Shown: positions 1-13,420, counted from the first letter of the whole stretch. The stretch: 62,758 nucleotides of DNA, filler included, from Sphacelaria rigidula (GCA_964200075.2; 5 parts of 5 records of this genome joined end to end with filler, not necessarily neighbours in it), one strand, 5' to 3'. Program-made: numbers and translations. The notes: a model not told the origin generated them from the letters alone.

Positions 1-781
1 CCCTAGCTCAACTCTGTACACGAGTCACCCTACCCATCCGGGCGTCGGTCCTCAATCAATCAATTAATCCTCCGCGAGATCAATGGTCTGATGACTATGG
101 CATGCATGATCATGAGTACACCCCACCACCCACCGCTCAAAAACCACCCCCCTCCCCGCCCCCTGATGATCCTCCCATAGCCCTGGGCTATCAACCGGCC
201 AAACTGTTCCGAGGCGAGGCTTGTAGTTGAAGGGTATGAATTGTGAGGCATGAACGAAAGCGTTTTTTGACCGGGGAAAATTTAAGACGAAGATCGATGT
301 TTATTTTTTTATTTCAGATTCTCGGATCCGGGTCCAGCAGTGGCAGCGAAGAAAGTGCGTCGGAGATAGACGAGGCTTGCGCCCATCACGACTGCAATAA
401 TAGTAGTGGTGATGACAGCTGATGAACGAAGAGAGTTACACTGTAATACAAAGAAAGCTCGATAGCGCGCACGATAATTCATACTCGACCACGCGTGGTG
501 TACCTGTTTCGGCGTCGACCCACCGAGCAATAAGGTTGATAACTGTTTCCGCAAGACCGCAGAAGAAATTGGTGCCAAAGCTAATGCTGAGCTGGGAAAA
601 TTAAGCGAGTATTTTTCACGCATACTGTTAGTGCTCGCCATTACAAGAGCAAAAACACTCGTTCAAAGCACGTTATGTTGTCACGGATTCAGTGTATCCG
701 TGGATTTGTGTACTTTTTATGGTGGGTGATTGTACGGGTTTCGGGATGGTTTGCACACGCTTGCGTCTCGTTGCGTCTCAG

Positions 782-3700
782 AACCTCTTGACCCGCGCTG
801 ACAACCATGGAAGCATTTTTCACTGCATTTTTGATGGACGCGTAACTTTCGATTTCAGGCATGGCTGGAGCTTTGTGGCCGCTGCCCAACTCTTGTGGGA
901 TCAGTTCCAAATCAAAATCACCCAAAATTTGAACAAAGTGTGAAAATCCAGCTCTTATGGAAAGAGATCGTTGACGATTTTGAACAACAGGGCCCCCACG
1001 GTTTTGAAGTTGCATCAGCGGGGGGTTTCTGATCAACATGCGCACCTCAGTTCGAACGCCCGACCAGAAATTAGGAGCTGTTCAAAATGGGATGAAGCAC
1101 TGAATTATGGAACATGCCATGTTTTCCTGCACTGCAGCACAAAAACTCATGCCCTCATGCCCTCTCATGTGTTGTAGCTGTTAGTGTATGTGGCGTGAAG
1201 AGACCTTGCCGAGAAGGTTTCAGTCTTCGCTGAGGTTGCATGAGCTGCTTTACGGCTGTTTTATTCTTTATTTGTTGTGTTTTGTAAGTATTTGTTGTCG
1301 GCACGCAGTGCTGTTTGTTGGATGTTGTGTCTTTCGCAATGAAAAAGGCGAATCGTGCCCAGATGCATCATTACTGTGCTATAGCTGATACTGTAGTGTG
1401 GTGCGTTTGGACCCGGCGAAGACGGTCTGGTCTGCGCTAGGGATTGCCTGAACTGCTGTACTGCTGTTGTTTCCCCGTTGATAAAAGAATTGTAGTCGGT
1501 ACAAAAGTTGTAGTCGGGACGCAGTGCTGTCTTCATACTGTTGAAAACATCATGGTGTGTTAGCCGTTGTGTCTTCTGTAGAACGAATGAGACGACTCGT
1601 GCCCACACCCATCGTTTCTATGCTGTAGTTTTTGCGCTGTACTGTAGTGCGTTCGAACCCTACGAACACGTTTTGGTCTGCGCCGGCAATTCACCTGAGC
1701 TGCTGTACTGCTACCGTGCTCGGGTCTGTACAGAACTGGGGGCGGGACTAAGTGCTGTGCAGCCGCTGTCTCTTCTTTGCGCGCTGTTGTACAGGCGCAA
1801 AACTGCTCATTTTTTCGACATCGTGCCGGAAGACATTTAATTTCGCCTCCGCTCGAGATCGCGGGAGAAGAAAATGTCGATCGTCATAGGCCAAACGTTT
1901 GATCTTGATTCGATTGTGATTTTGTCCCATGTCTCGGGTGCTCTCTTGTGAGAAACATTTCGACCAGGAAGTACAATTCGGCCTCTCTGATTCTGCTCGA
2001 TGTCACTCGTTTTTGAGCCCAGGTGCAGTTCATGAAGCCCAGCAAGAAACGGATAAGGGCGTTCCGAACCACGGCGAATATCACCCCCTCACCTCAAAGC
2101 TGTTGGCACGTCGATCACGTGATGCACGGCGCGCAGAACAATACCCACAGCGTAGCTCTCGATCCGCTAGCTGATTGTGTGCTCGGTTTTATTTCAACCT
2201 GCCGTGAAATTTAGCACTCGTGTCTGTTTTCGGACATGTGCGTCAGTCAACCTAACCGGGTACGGTGGAAACAAAGCGCCAAATATCGACGCATCTTTCT
2301 GTTGCTCGCCCAATATCGCACCGACGCCACTGAAATGCATACATAGACCATGCTCAAGTTGTCAGGCGTCTACAATTTTTTGGACACGAGCTCGTCTTGC
2401 TAGGTCTTGCTAGGTCAGTGCTCGCGACCATTGTGCAGTCGAACTAACATATAACATGCGCTGGGCTCGTCAGTAACGCCGCTTCATTCCCTAAGTACTC
2501 CCTTCCCGCCATCTCCCCTCCCACCCTCGCCTCCCCTCCCACCCTCGCCTCCTCTCCCCCCCTTTGCACATGCACGCATGCAGAACGGCGTGCAAACATG
2601 CATCTTGAAGGGCCACAACGCCAGGCTCATTTCCGTCACGAAGGACAATCTGTTGGCGAGACATCGGCAGTGCGTTAAACCCGACCAAGTGCGTACGTGT
2701 ATTGTGGCTTTCTGAGGTTGTTCCGAAAAGCTGGGCTTTGCATACCCTATTCCCAGTCGATGTGCCCTCCGTGAGCGTTTGTTATTTTTTTTCGGAGTCG
2801 GTGTGCCTCCAGTTCATCAGCATCATCTGCCCTCTTCCAGGGCACACTATCTTTTCCGAGCGAAGCACTGTTCCTGTCTGGGGCATGTGCCTCCTTGAAG
2901 GGTACAGCACCTCCCCACGGGACGCTTTCGCTGCTGTTGTCTGCTACAACCTATTCGTGTGTCGGTGTGTTGTCAGAATCATTCCTTGTTACGACGTGCA
3001 TGCCGGTTGCTCCCCCAACGGTGTTTCCCGACCACTCCACAGCGCGGTAGAGCTGCCTTCACCAGGACAATTTTTCGGTAAAGGGTGTCGGTGCTGCTAC
3101 GTGCGCACTTCATACCGCCATATATCTCTCTTTGCCACAGTGTTTTACTGCTCTCGTGACTATTTTTATATGTCCGTTCGATACTGCCCTCCAATGCATC
3201 TGTCTCTACCCTGCTCAGGTTAGTTTTTTTGTCTGTCGCACTTTGCACCCTCCCCCTTCCTCGGGATGAGTCCGTGGTCTCAAGGGAACAACCCATCTCT
3301 CCCCCGGTACACGCCTTGCATTTTGGTCTCGCGGATTGGGTCATGACTATCAGCACTCCCGCACCGCGTCAACTCACGTCAAACAAACTCAGCCGACTAC
3401 TCTGTTTACTCACGTTCTCACGCTTTCCACGGTGGAAATTCAGATATCACGAAAAAAACCCGACGCATCAAGAATCGAACCCTCGTCCTCTTCACCCGAA
3501 TGGCGACAGTTGGACCATTACACCACTTGGGCGCGGCGAGTCAATGTTTGCAGAGAAATCACTGCAAAGTGACATTCACGGGGAGTCTGGTAATGGTAAT
3601 TGATGTTCCCACCTGTACTACATATACTGAAGACCAACATAAGTATTCCAAATCAAAGCGGTGGCGAGTTTGCTTCGAATAAATTTGTCAGTAGACGATG

Positions 3701-6319
3701 CTCCATCCTCTCATAATGTATGTATGTAATGCATGCGTCCAACCAAGAGTCGTCCATCCATCCTCCATGCTTTTGTTCACCCACGAACATAGCGTCTCAG
3801 CCGATGTTCCAATGAGTGATTTTTTTCGTTCGCGTCGTTTTGATTCTGTCTCGTATCCTTTGCCGACAAGGCCATGACGATCTTTAAACTGGTGGACCGA
3901 GACACGGGGGAGGAGTGCATAGAATTCGCCCAACAGATGGTCTTCCAGAGACCTTGCAATAAGTGTCAAGGACTCAAGGTACGTATCTGCTCTGGACATT
4001 ATATCTTGCACGCGGGGAAGTTGATCAGCATCCTGGATCTACGTAGTTCGCGGCTTCAAGTCGCCCTCGAGTGAGATTTGGACGACATGCATTCTTTCAA
4101 CCACCTTGGCCGCGAGGGTACAGTATGTAGTCCATCTGGATCATTCACATATTTTTTTATACGTGAAATTGAAGCCGATTCAAGGCATGACCTATGCTCG
4201 CCGTCGAAGGGTTAAGTGAGTACACGCGGCGCCCCTTTGCCAGGATGGCAAAACCCGGAATAATCCAGTTGCTTGCTTGTACTGTTTTTTCGGTGCGAAC
4301 TCCCGATTGTGCAATGCTACGGTAGGGGTGCACTCTTTGCGCAAAATCTTGTCTGGTTCAGGGGCTCCCAACGATTATAGATTCACGAAAATATGGATTA
4401 GGGCATCCCCGTTCGCAAGTTCATTTAATAGAGAATCTTTAGCACATTGGAATAGTAACTGGCGCACTCTCACTCATTTTACAAGTCGTGTTCTGGATAA
4501 GATGAAGGGCTCCTAACGATTGTAACCTCAGAAAATATTGTTGCACTCCTACCTTAGCATTACTAAATTTTGTGAGCATATTTGCTTTTTTGTCACGATG
4601 CTTTCAAACTTTATCCGAGTGTTTTCGGGTTATCGTGATCCCCTCGCCCCATGAACACTTCACACCCTCGACAATGAGATGCTTTGTCGACACGTGTAGT
4701 GCGTACAGTTTCGACTTTTGCGTCTACTGCACTAGAAGATAAATTCCATACCAAACGCGATACATGTACAAGTATCTACAGAAAAACCAGCACTTGAACC
4801 TTTGGTCAATATTGGGTGGTTCCTAGTTGCACCGAGACGTAGTGACTCGCTAATCTGCTACAGAGTAAAAAACTCACACACAGAAGATATACAGCTAGAT
4901 TGTTTGGCTGTATAGTAGAAAAGACAGTCACGGCGTGAGCTGCAGTGCCAATGACGGATCGTTTGTGCTGTTGCGTTCGTGCATGCATGAAGCAAAGCAT
5001 GCAGGGGCTCCGCCCGCATTTTTGCTGAATCAGGCGTCCTCGAAATTCGGATCTTTACAAGCGCTGATAGCGTTAAGTGCTCGCTAGCGGGGTTCACAAT
5101 CCCGACGGTTCCTCCCAAGAATGCTTTGCGATAACGTCATTCGCCAAGACAAGCACCGCGTACCCGAATTATTTGTGTTGTCGCTTGACATGCGCATCGA
5201 AAACTTGACTGGACCGTACCGCTTCTTGTCTCCGTACAAGCATGCAGCACCTACTAGATTTTGCCCAGATCGGCCCTTATGGTATTTGACTTTTTCGGTG
5301 GGGTTGACAGTATCCTCTGCTGAAAGCCCGGGAGAACACACGAAGGAAGCAGACGACACACATCTACAACACTTTATTGGATAAAGCCGTGTTGAATGCA
5401 CGGTACACCATGTCTACGCAGTCCAGTGCAGGTTGGCGCGAACTCACAACAACTCAATACGACGAACTGTTTTTGTTCAAAACAAGCTGTGTACACTGGG
5501 AACTCGCCACGATAGTCCAATGATCTTGATGGGTATTAGGACTCATGAGACCATTGAAGTCGTGAACTATTGATGGGCAGCCAGATTGACCCCTTCCTCC
5601 CTTCTTCCCCTCCCCTCGTTTTTCTGTTGCATGCTCCCTCCTCTCCAAAATATGTACCTTCCAGTCTTGCATTCTCAGCGGTCACAAGCTGATAGATTGG
5701 GTAGGGAGCACGGAAGGAAAGACGCCAACAACTCCAAAGCGACCACCGGCGGTACGTTTGATATGACTGGCTTTTATTATTTTTTTATTTCCTAATATTG
5801 TAGGTTTTTACCGTCGGCATCATTTTTTAGAAGCCGCCCTCGATGCGATTCAAGCCCCCCCCCCCCCCACCGCCCTCCGGCCCCGCCGCCCTCGTCCCGC
5901 ATCGCTGGGGCGGCGAGTNNNNNNNNNNCAAATGCAAACACCCCCCCCCCCCCCCCCTCCTAGGGGCTCCGTCTGGAAAGGGATGCGTGGTCAATGGTCA
6001 AACGACTAAGGTAAGCAACAAATAAGTACGCCCCCCCCTCCCCCCTCCCCTCTCCTTGTACCCGCTCTTTGTCTTCTAATTTATGCGGGATGGGCCTGTG
6101 GATGCACCAGGTCGCTGGTGCAATAGTGTCCACCTGCTCAACCATGGGCATGAACTGCTGCACCTGCCCTCATCCCCCCAAAAATATCGTGACTTTTTGT
6201 CCGATTTAGCGCCCGGGGTATACAAAAGCCCTTGGCACATACAATTGCCATACCCCGAATCGCCGCGGGATTGTCGGGCCGTGTTCTCAGAGCAGAGAGC
6301 CTTGTGCGTATATGGATTC

Positions 6320-6371
<52 letters not shown>

Positions 6372-9300
6372 CCGCCCGCCCTAGACGCGCACACCCCACC
6401 CCCCCACCCCGCGTCAGGCCGCCCCGCGCCATCCCGGACGGACCCCCCACATGGGATTGGCGTCGGTTGGCAATGACGCTGTAAAACACGCCACTCACTG
6501 CGTAAGCTAGGCTACCAGGTTACCGTTTTTTTCGCACGCTTGCGTTTGTTTTTGCGGTTATCATGATGGTGGTCGAGCTAGATAATATTGTGCGGGGTAG
6601 GAGGACCTCAATTCCGTGCGAGGGAAGTGACCAAGCTACTTGGTGTTTAAATAGTGAGGGACTCGTGACGCAGTGTAAGCCGTGACTGTCTCTGGAAGTG
6701 ACGATACCAGAATTTGAAGCAATTCATTTAAGGCTGTCATCCAAATGCAAGGTAATCTGTACGCTTCGGGCCGAACAATCTTGGCAGGAGGCAGTTTACC
6801 CTGCGTGTGACTCGCCGAACACACCACAGCGCTTCGTGCTTGGTCATTGACTGGGAGCCTAGTACGGCGAAAACCCGGCGTGCTCTATCCCGGCCTTGTA
6901 GAGATGCGATGTCAATGATCATATGATGAGGGCATGCAATATCATGAGTACACCCCCTCCCCGTACCCCCTCCTACGCCGGGATCACTCCGGGGGCAGAA
7001 TGAATGGGAACTTGTGCTGGGTCATCTATAAAATGTGTCGACCTGAAATCCTCTCCCCGAGAATCTCCATACTTTAGTGTCGAACAGCGGCAACACTGTC
7101 GGAAACTGTACAGATGGTACCCCCGTTCTCCGGTCGCACTGCACGTGTTCTGTGCCTCGTCGTTTGGGTCGATATCAGCCAAACAAGAAGAAACGGAAGA
7201 CTTCAGCAGGGGGAAACAAAGGGAAGCAGAAGACGCCGAAGAAGGAAATTCCTGTCAGTGAAGATTTCCAAAATGGTTCACAGGCTACTACTCCGCTACC
7301 CCCATCCGAGGTAAGGTGTACACCGCAATGTATCCCGCCACATACTTTTCTCGCTCTCTTGTTTTTTGGAGTGGTGACACTTCATCTTGTGCTGCACGGT
7401 ACTATGGCGTGAGTTCGAGACCTTAGAGTGAATTCGTCGGTTTAGGTGAGAAATAAGGGGGTAGAACGGGGCTGAAGTGATGGCTCCATGTTGAATATTT
7501 TGTGAGTGGATACGGCTTTTACGTTTTGAGTGAGGATGTGGGACAAGGTTTGAGCCCGGGCTTTAGGCAAAGTTTCTCATTAGCGGGCCGGCACTGTTTG
7601 GTGTTTATTCTACTACTGTATTGTTCATCAAATTACCTGGATTTATCCCCCCCCCCCCCCACAGTAAGTCGGATCCCTGTTGTAGCAGCTTGTTGGATGC
7701 TCTCGTTTGTACCGAGGCCCGCAGCTCCGGTCACTGGGAGGGAATCAAGGTGCTGGTACACCCTTATGGCGCACGCAAAGCTAGAAAGAAAATCGGAGCG
7801 AAGCCAGCACCAGTAAAGGTATTGGCATATCCCCTTGCCTAGTCAGCGATCTAGCTACTGTCGCGCGTATGTAGGCGCTTTTACCATTCGTTGCTATTCC
7901 ACAAGGGCGAGCTATCGTCAGACCGCCGCCTACTGTACTGTGTTGTCGTCCCATCTATTCTCGACGCCGGTCTACACCTTTCGGTGTATGTGGGCGCACC
8001 AGCCGGGGTCACACAGGAGCAAGGTCAGCACAGGAGTGCTTTGGTTGTTTGTTATTAGTAATCCACCTTCCTTCTGCGGTGCTTGCTTTTTTTTATCGCG
8101 AAAGGGGTTCAGCAGTCCCTTTCCCTCGTCGATCATGAGGGTCGAATTTTGTGTACCCACGACATGGTCGCTCTCCACTGTTGGGCACTGTGTGAGAAAA
8201 AATTCAGATATCTCCGAGAAATGAACTCACGACTTAGCCGTCAGGAGGTTTCGAGGTTATCAACTGAGCCACCGGGGCGACCGGCGACTGTATGCTCCTG
8301 TCATTGTTGGAGACGGTGTCTTCGGGCAAAGATTCGCCTGCTGCGTATGAAACCATCACCGTCTATCGGAACAGTAATAGAGTAGCAGTCATGTTGGAAA
8401 TCGCCGCACTAGTCTACGAAACCGTGACTTATTCAAGACAACACTACTTGCCAAAGCGATCTTTTCTTCAGCTAAGATTGCTTACGTGTCGAAGTGGCGT
8501 ATGGGGAGGGGGAGAGGGAAGTAAGATTACGGCGTATCCTTGTTCAATGCGGTGGATGGATGATGGCAACCACGTTTTACGTTGTTATAATTGTCCCACA
8601 TCAGTCTTGTTTGTCGAACTGAATATAGTGATTGCGGTTCACGACGACGTGCGGTTCACGACGACGTGCGGTTCAGGTGCTAGAACTGTAATGCCGTGGT
8701 GATTTTTGCATGCGTTACCGCGTGGTGATTTCACCGCTCCTCACTCGCTTTCATCACGTTAGGATTGATGTTACATATATGGCTCAACCAGGTGGCGGAG
8801 GATGACTATGTTTCACACACCACGGCAAAATGGAAGACAATACACGTGTTGAATCTAAAACGTTTGTGCTGAACGTACATAACACATGTGCATCTGCAGA
8901 ATGACTTGCCCGAACTTTGTTCGAATGCCTGCGACTTTGGAACAACTCTCCCAACCGTTGGTACAGCATTCCATACACCCTGGACAAAATATTACATTGT
9001 CGAAAAGTGTACTGCGTACAGTATCGACTATTGGATCCATTGCGATAGCAGACAACAGATTCCACTACGGTACGCAGTACAGGTTTCAACGATGTAATCT
9101 ATTGTCTAGGATCTACAACATTCATTCATGTAGAACATGACGTGTTCCAGATAAAATATCTGGAACAAGTAGAGCTTGTTCTCTTCTGTCGTGATTGTGA
9201 ACTGTTCTGTGTACTGCATCGTGAGAGTGTGCTATGGCTGTTTCCCAGCTCCCACAACACGCCCACCCCGCAGTCGCCTGGCGATCTACGACAGGGATTC

Positions 9301-12143
9301 AAATTTGATTTTGTGCTCTCACTGTGGGGTTTGAGTTTCATTTTAAGGGCTGACTACTTTGTCCTCAGACTTGGGAAAACAGTGCCTGCATGGAAAAATC
9401 GCCTGGAACGACGAAAAGCCCTTGCTAGAGCATCAGAACTGACGTTCGTCAATTTCACCATTGGTGAGCGAGTGAAATTGCTTCAGAAAGTGAAGAAAAC
9501 GGGATCAATTGGGGATTACGACCGCGGGACCGACCAACGGCGCGGGGCTAGTCGGTCTGTTGATAGCTTTGAGAAACGTTCGCTTTGGTGTCACCAGACA
9601 TGCCTTCATTCGAGGAGTACACGTTGTAAATGCTCACCATCGCAGGGGGAACTCGGCGAGGAAAGAGAGGGAGCGGAGGCCGATAGAGAGGAGATGGAGG
9701 AGGAGGATCGGGGAGTCGAGGATGACCAAGAAGAGGTTGAACAGCCGAAGCCCAAGCGCGCGAGGAAGAAATCAGCGAACGGGACACGCGTCAGCTCGGG
9801 ACCGGTCGCGGCGTCGGCACCAGCAGTCTTGACAGCACCGTTGGCGGTGAGAGATGATTTTCGCCCTGGAACCACGGCTTGAAAATATGACGAATGAGCC
9901 GAATGTAGAGAGCAAGAATACTTGTGGAGTATGGTCATACCATGTTACAAAAATTGAAATGTGTGGCCACATCAGAAGTGAATAGACGAACACAATGATG
10001 GTACGCCCCTTGTATTTTTTCGGGTCGGCGACAGTAGTGGAAGCACGTCACCGGCGTGAGTGTAGCCAGTCGGCGGGCCTGATCTCTCCTCCGGTCGGGT
10101 TAAATGCACCAAACGTTTTTTTCATCTTCTTTAATGGTCATTCGACATAGCGGGCGGTGTTCTCCCGTGTAGGAGCGCTCTCCTATGTAGATGGACGTCC
10201 TCAGAGCAGGATCGACTTACGGCATGCCATGCCACCTCCGCACTAGATTTTGCTTCTGGAACAACTCGCCTGCTCCGCGCAGGTCGGAGGGGGCATTGTC
10301 CCTTCAGGCGCAGTCGCCTTGTATAGTGTATTTTGAAAGGAGCGCGTCGCCCACCGTGGTCCCCGTCCTTGTGTGCCCTTTCCGCTGCTCGACCACTCTA
10401 GGCCGTGGTGGGGAACGGCGACAAAAGCGTTTCAGAGCAGTTGGAGGGTGTGGCGGAGGTCGAGGATGCTCTTCTTGAGCAGTATCAAAACGAGATTCAG
10501 CGTCTGAGTGAGGTATGGCCAGATGATAACAGTAATACTGCTACAGGTAGAATAAACCGTCTGGGCGCCCGCAGATGGACTCCTGGAGCTTGGTCGTTTT
10601 GCCAAGTGAATTTGATGCACCCCAGTGGTCCAAGTGATGGATGAGTAGCCCCCAGTTACGGCGGAAGGTTGAGGTTTTGAAGCTCGAGAGAGATATTTTG
10701 TTGAGCAGAATCTGCTGTATGGCGTTGAAACCGGGGGGACTTGGTCATCGAAGAAAAATTGACGAGAGGCTGAGCAGTGCGGGGGGTGTCGACTGAATCC
10801 GCTGCACACATATGTCAGGGGTGTACGCGGAGGAGAGTTCGGTTGAGATTCTTTGAGATCCCTTGAGACTGCGGCGTCGTCTCCAAAGAGAGGAGGGTTT
10901 AGAAGCATGACGAGAATAAACAATGATGCCAAGTCGACAGATGTAAACACCCGGGCCGGCGGTCAAGGGGCTGTCAAGAACCCCAGGTCAAGCACACTCG
11001 CATAAACCGTGGGACGCACGGTGACGTGCGTTAGGTGGGCGGAGAGAGCGCTGCTGCTGATGCTGCTGCTGGTGTTGTTCAACCCCCACGTTCTAGCCAT
11101 TGCACCCGTTCGACGTGACTACTTTCGTGTCCGCTGTCTCGTCCTTCTGTAGGTTTTCGCACCGCGTGTTTTTTTCCTTGTTGAATGGTTTGAATGTAGA
11201 GCCAACACCAGACATGAAAGTTTTGCGTTCAATTCGTGGAAGGAGACGTTTCGATCGAGTAAATGCTGTGTTCCGTGCAAAACCAGTGCCTTCAGCCGCG
11301 ACGAAGCGCTTTTTGCACCCCCCCCCCCCCCCCCCCCCCTCTCCCTCTCCCTCTACTTCCCCTCCCCCCTTTTTTTCTTCTTCATCCTTATCTTAACCTT
11401 TTTTTNNNNNNNNNNTGTGTTCCGTGCAAAACCAGTGCCTTCAGCCGCGACGAAGCGCTTTTTGCACCCCCCCCCCCCTCCCTCCCTTTTGCACACATCT
11501 TCCCCTCCATCCCTGATCGCTTCGCCTTCAAGTAACTATGTCGCATTTTGTGGAACGCATGCTAATCCGAAACCCTATTTTGGCGCTCTCTTTAATTGTC
11601 TGTGCTGCAGGCAGAGGCAGCTAAAGTGGCCGAGATCAAACAGAGAGGTCAAGAGTTGGAGAACATCCGAAAGACACGAATGGTGCGTCGTATGAGAACT
11701 ACCCAAAAGTATTGATTTTGCTCGTTGCATCAAGTTTTCGCAGTAATTGCATCAACGATGTTCATACGTACGTATGCTTTCCAGTCGTGATGTTAAGTCA
11801 CCGTACTCCTTGCTGAACACTTCGCGTCCTCTTGTAAGCTGCAATGGTTCTTGTAGCTATTTCTCGCACGACGAGTTGGTGGCATTTCGCAGCACATGTT
11901 ATCGCTATTTTCTTTGTTCTCTGAAGGAGAGATTCGCCCATGTGTTTTGAATGGCGCGTCAGTGTCGGCATTATCCATCCATTCCACTTTTGAAAAGTTT
12001 TCCGCGTTCCGATACCACTCAAGCTGTGTTGCTTTGCCATTTTATTTCGCATTTGTTTTGTGTAGATCGTCAAGAGCGAGACGACAGAGCAAAGGAACCT
12101 GTTGGCAGCGGAGAGACAGCGGCTTACGGAATTGCGGCTACAG
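782..12143 (+). CDS. Putative partial multi-exon gene of unknown function (CxxC motif, Lys/Arg-rich and acidic tracts, C-terminal coiled coil)
   Basis: Phase-compatible chain of AG..GT-bounded open segments: 782-937, 2023-~2118/2151, 2584-2688 (NGVQTCILKGH..), 3871-4070 (AMTIFKLVDRDTGEECIEF..RPCNKCQGLK..), 5679-5751, 7179-7310 (PNKKKRK..), 7717-7818, 9646-9846 (GELGEEREGAE..PKPKRARKK), 10402-10512 (..DALLEQYQNEIQRLSE), 11611-11682, 12066-12143. The last four exons have canonical sites and are best supported; the first two and 7717-7818 are weaker. No family recognised. Confidence 0.5.
1170..1810. repeat. Degenerate tandem repeat, ~220-250 bp unit
   Basis: ACTGTAGTG..GCGTT..GGTCTGCGC..CCTGA.CTGCTGTACTGCT recurs at ~1390-1470 and ~1641-1720. 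GTCGG.ACGCAGTGCTGT recurs at ~1297 and ~1513. Confidence 0.55.
3246..3539 (-). mobile_element. tRNA-derived SINE, family A (full-length copy)
   Basis: The minus-strand head has a Pol III A box TGGTGTAATGG (3515-3525) and B box GGTTCGATTC (3472-3481). The body and 3' end are homologous to copies at 10615-10900, 13246-13420 and 15485-15640. Confidence 0.8.
4320..4560. repeat. Degenerate direct tandem duplication (~145 bp period)
   Basis: GGGCTCCCAACGATTATAGATTCACGAAAATAT (~4362) vs GGGCTCCTAACGATTGTAACCTCAGAAAATAT (~4507). Confidence 0.5.
5964..6038 (+). repeat. Short dispersed ~75-bp GAAA-hairpin/poly-C element
   Basis: Matches consensus GGTGCTCCGTCTCGAAAGGGATGCGTGGTCAATGGTCAAACGACTAAGGCAAGCAACAAATGAGTACGCCCC, seen in 8 full or partial copies in the window. 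Confidence 0.85.
8019..8286 (-). mobile_element. tRNA-derived SINE, family B
   Basis: Minus-strand head GCCCCGGTGGCTCAGTTGATAA (A box) with a degenerate B box (GAGTTCATTTC). Colinear homologue at 21495-21797. Confidence 0.8.
8966..9125. repeat. Imperfect inverted repeat (small MITE-like hairpin)
   Basis: CCTGGACAAAATATTACATTGTCGAAAAGTGTACTGCGTAC pairs with GTACGCAGTACAGGTTTCAACGATGTAATCTATTGTCTAGG. Confidence 0.65.
10615..10900 (+). mobile_element. tRNA-derived SINE family A, degenerate intronic copy
   Basis: 3' part CCCTTGAGACTGCGGCGTCGTCTCCAAAGAGGAGGG is homologous to the family A tail. Remnant A/B boxes TGGTCCAAGTGA and GGTTTTGAAGC. Confidence 0.6.
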
Positions 12144-12474
12144 GTAAAATGATGTAAGCTAGCGATGGTACAAGGAGATAAATGTCACCATATTCACCCC
12201 TTTAACGGCCGAGGCAGTCCATCTAATGCATCAAAATCATGTTGGATGTATTAGATTTTCAAATGTGTGGTTGTTGCTTCCTGGGGTCGAAAAGGATATA
12301 ACGGGTGGAACTCTCATCTCGATCCCTTCTAATGTGTACATCAACCCTTTTGGGACTGAAGCTAACTAACACCACGTTCACGACGTGTCAGTAAAATAAT
12401 AATAAAGTCTGGGAGCGACCTCTCCAATCAGGGCAAGGCGGAATATTTCGACCCCATCACAACGACCAGTGGGG

Positions 12475-12574
12475 NNNNNNNNNNNNNNNNNNNNNNNNNN
12501 NNNNNNNNNNNNNNNNNNTTAATTAATTAANNNNNNNNNNNNNNNNNNNNNNNNNNNNNNNNNNNNNNNNNNNN
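12475..12574. other. Artificial contig-joining linker
   Basis: N44-TTAATTAATTAA-N44 (all-frame stop spacer); identical at four sites. Confidence 0.97.
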
Positions 12575-12580
12575 AGGAAC

Positions 12581-12655
12581 GGTGCTCCGTCTCGAAAGGG
12601 ATGAGGGGTGAATGGTCAAACAACTAAGGCAAGAAACAAATGAGGACGCCCCCTG
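12581..12655 (+). repeat. Short ~75-bp GAAA-hairpin/poly-C element
   Basis: GGTGCTCCGTCTCGAAAGGGATG..AATGGTCAAACAACTAAGGCAAGAAACAAATGAGGACGCCCCC at the contig start. Confidence 0.85.
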
Positions 12656-13245
12656 CCCCAGAATAGGGTGCAGCGCGGTATATCCAGGAAGCGTCAAAAT
12701 TCATCTGCCTCATTGGTGTTTCTTGAATTACCACATCAGTTCGACATTTCTGACTAACAGTCCACGCGTACTACAATGTCTCACCCAGTGTAAATCCTTG
12801 CTCCGACGCCAGGAAAATACTTTCAGTAAACCAGCTCCTTTTCAAAATCTAATCGCGTCTTGTAGCTTAATTACATAGAGTGAGCGAACCTCCTCCCCCA
12901 CCCGCCAAAGTGGGGCTTGGGAAACTTTGGGTATGGTGCTGGAACTGAAAGATATACCAGTCCTTTGCGACTTAGATATTCGCACCCACACGAGTCACGC
13001 TGACAGGAAAAAACGGGTTTCCGAGGATATCTCGTAATATGTTCACTGATTACCTGGACGCGTGTGGGAGACGGGGGACGTTTCATCAATTGTATTGATT
13101 TCACGCGTAACAGACCTTCCGTTGCGGTCTTTCCCAGCTGAGTTCAGCTTCGTGCTCAGCCCTGAGTGCACAGCGCTGAACGGGTGGAGTGGTCAACTCG
13201 CCTGTGTTCGCTCCATCCAACCTGGATATTGTTTCAGCACACTTC

Positions 13246-13420
13246 CAACCCCTCCCATTCCTCGAGACGAACCCGCCGTCTCAAGGGGTCGACCAATCTA
13301 TCCCCCAATACGCGTCTTTCAATTTTATGTCGCGGATTGGGTCCGGATCCCTGACCGGCGTCGAATCTCTTCAAATCAACCATTTTTGCTTGTCAACGCT
13401 CGTACGTCTTCAACGTATTG
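13246..13420 (-). mobile_element. SINE family A 3' fragment
   Basis: TTCCTCGAGACGAACCCGCCGTCTCAAGGGG..GTCGCGGATTGGGTC is similar to 3255-3345. Confidence 0.6.

Noticed and set aside
2780..2830. Minus-strand CTGATGA..GGAG/CTCC..GAAA hammerhead-like core
   Set aside because: Three extra bases precede stem II, and there are no stem I/III partners with a cleavage triplet.
4190..4215. piggyBac-like end (AAGGG-TTAA)
   Set aside because: No matching opposite terminus found on the contig.
6076..6498. Poly-Pro / poly-Gly ORFs
   Set aside because: Produced by a ~50-nt C homopolymer of uncertain length; no coding evidence.
10402..10512. Kinesin neck-like DALLEQYQNEIQRL
   Set aside because: No motor-domain motifs in upstream exons; generic coiled-coil similarity only.
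11266..11480. Direct repeat flanking the 10-N gap
   Set aside because: Identical sequence on both sides of a scaffold gap next to poly-C is a typical assembly overlap artefact.
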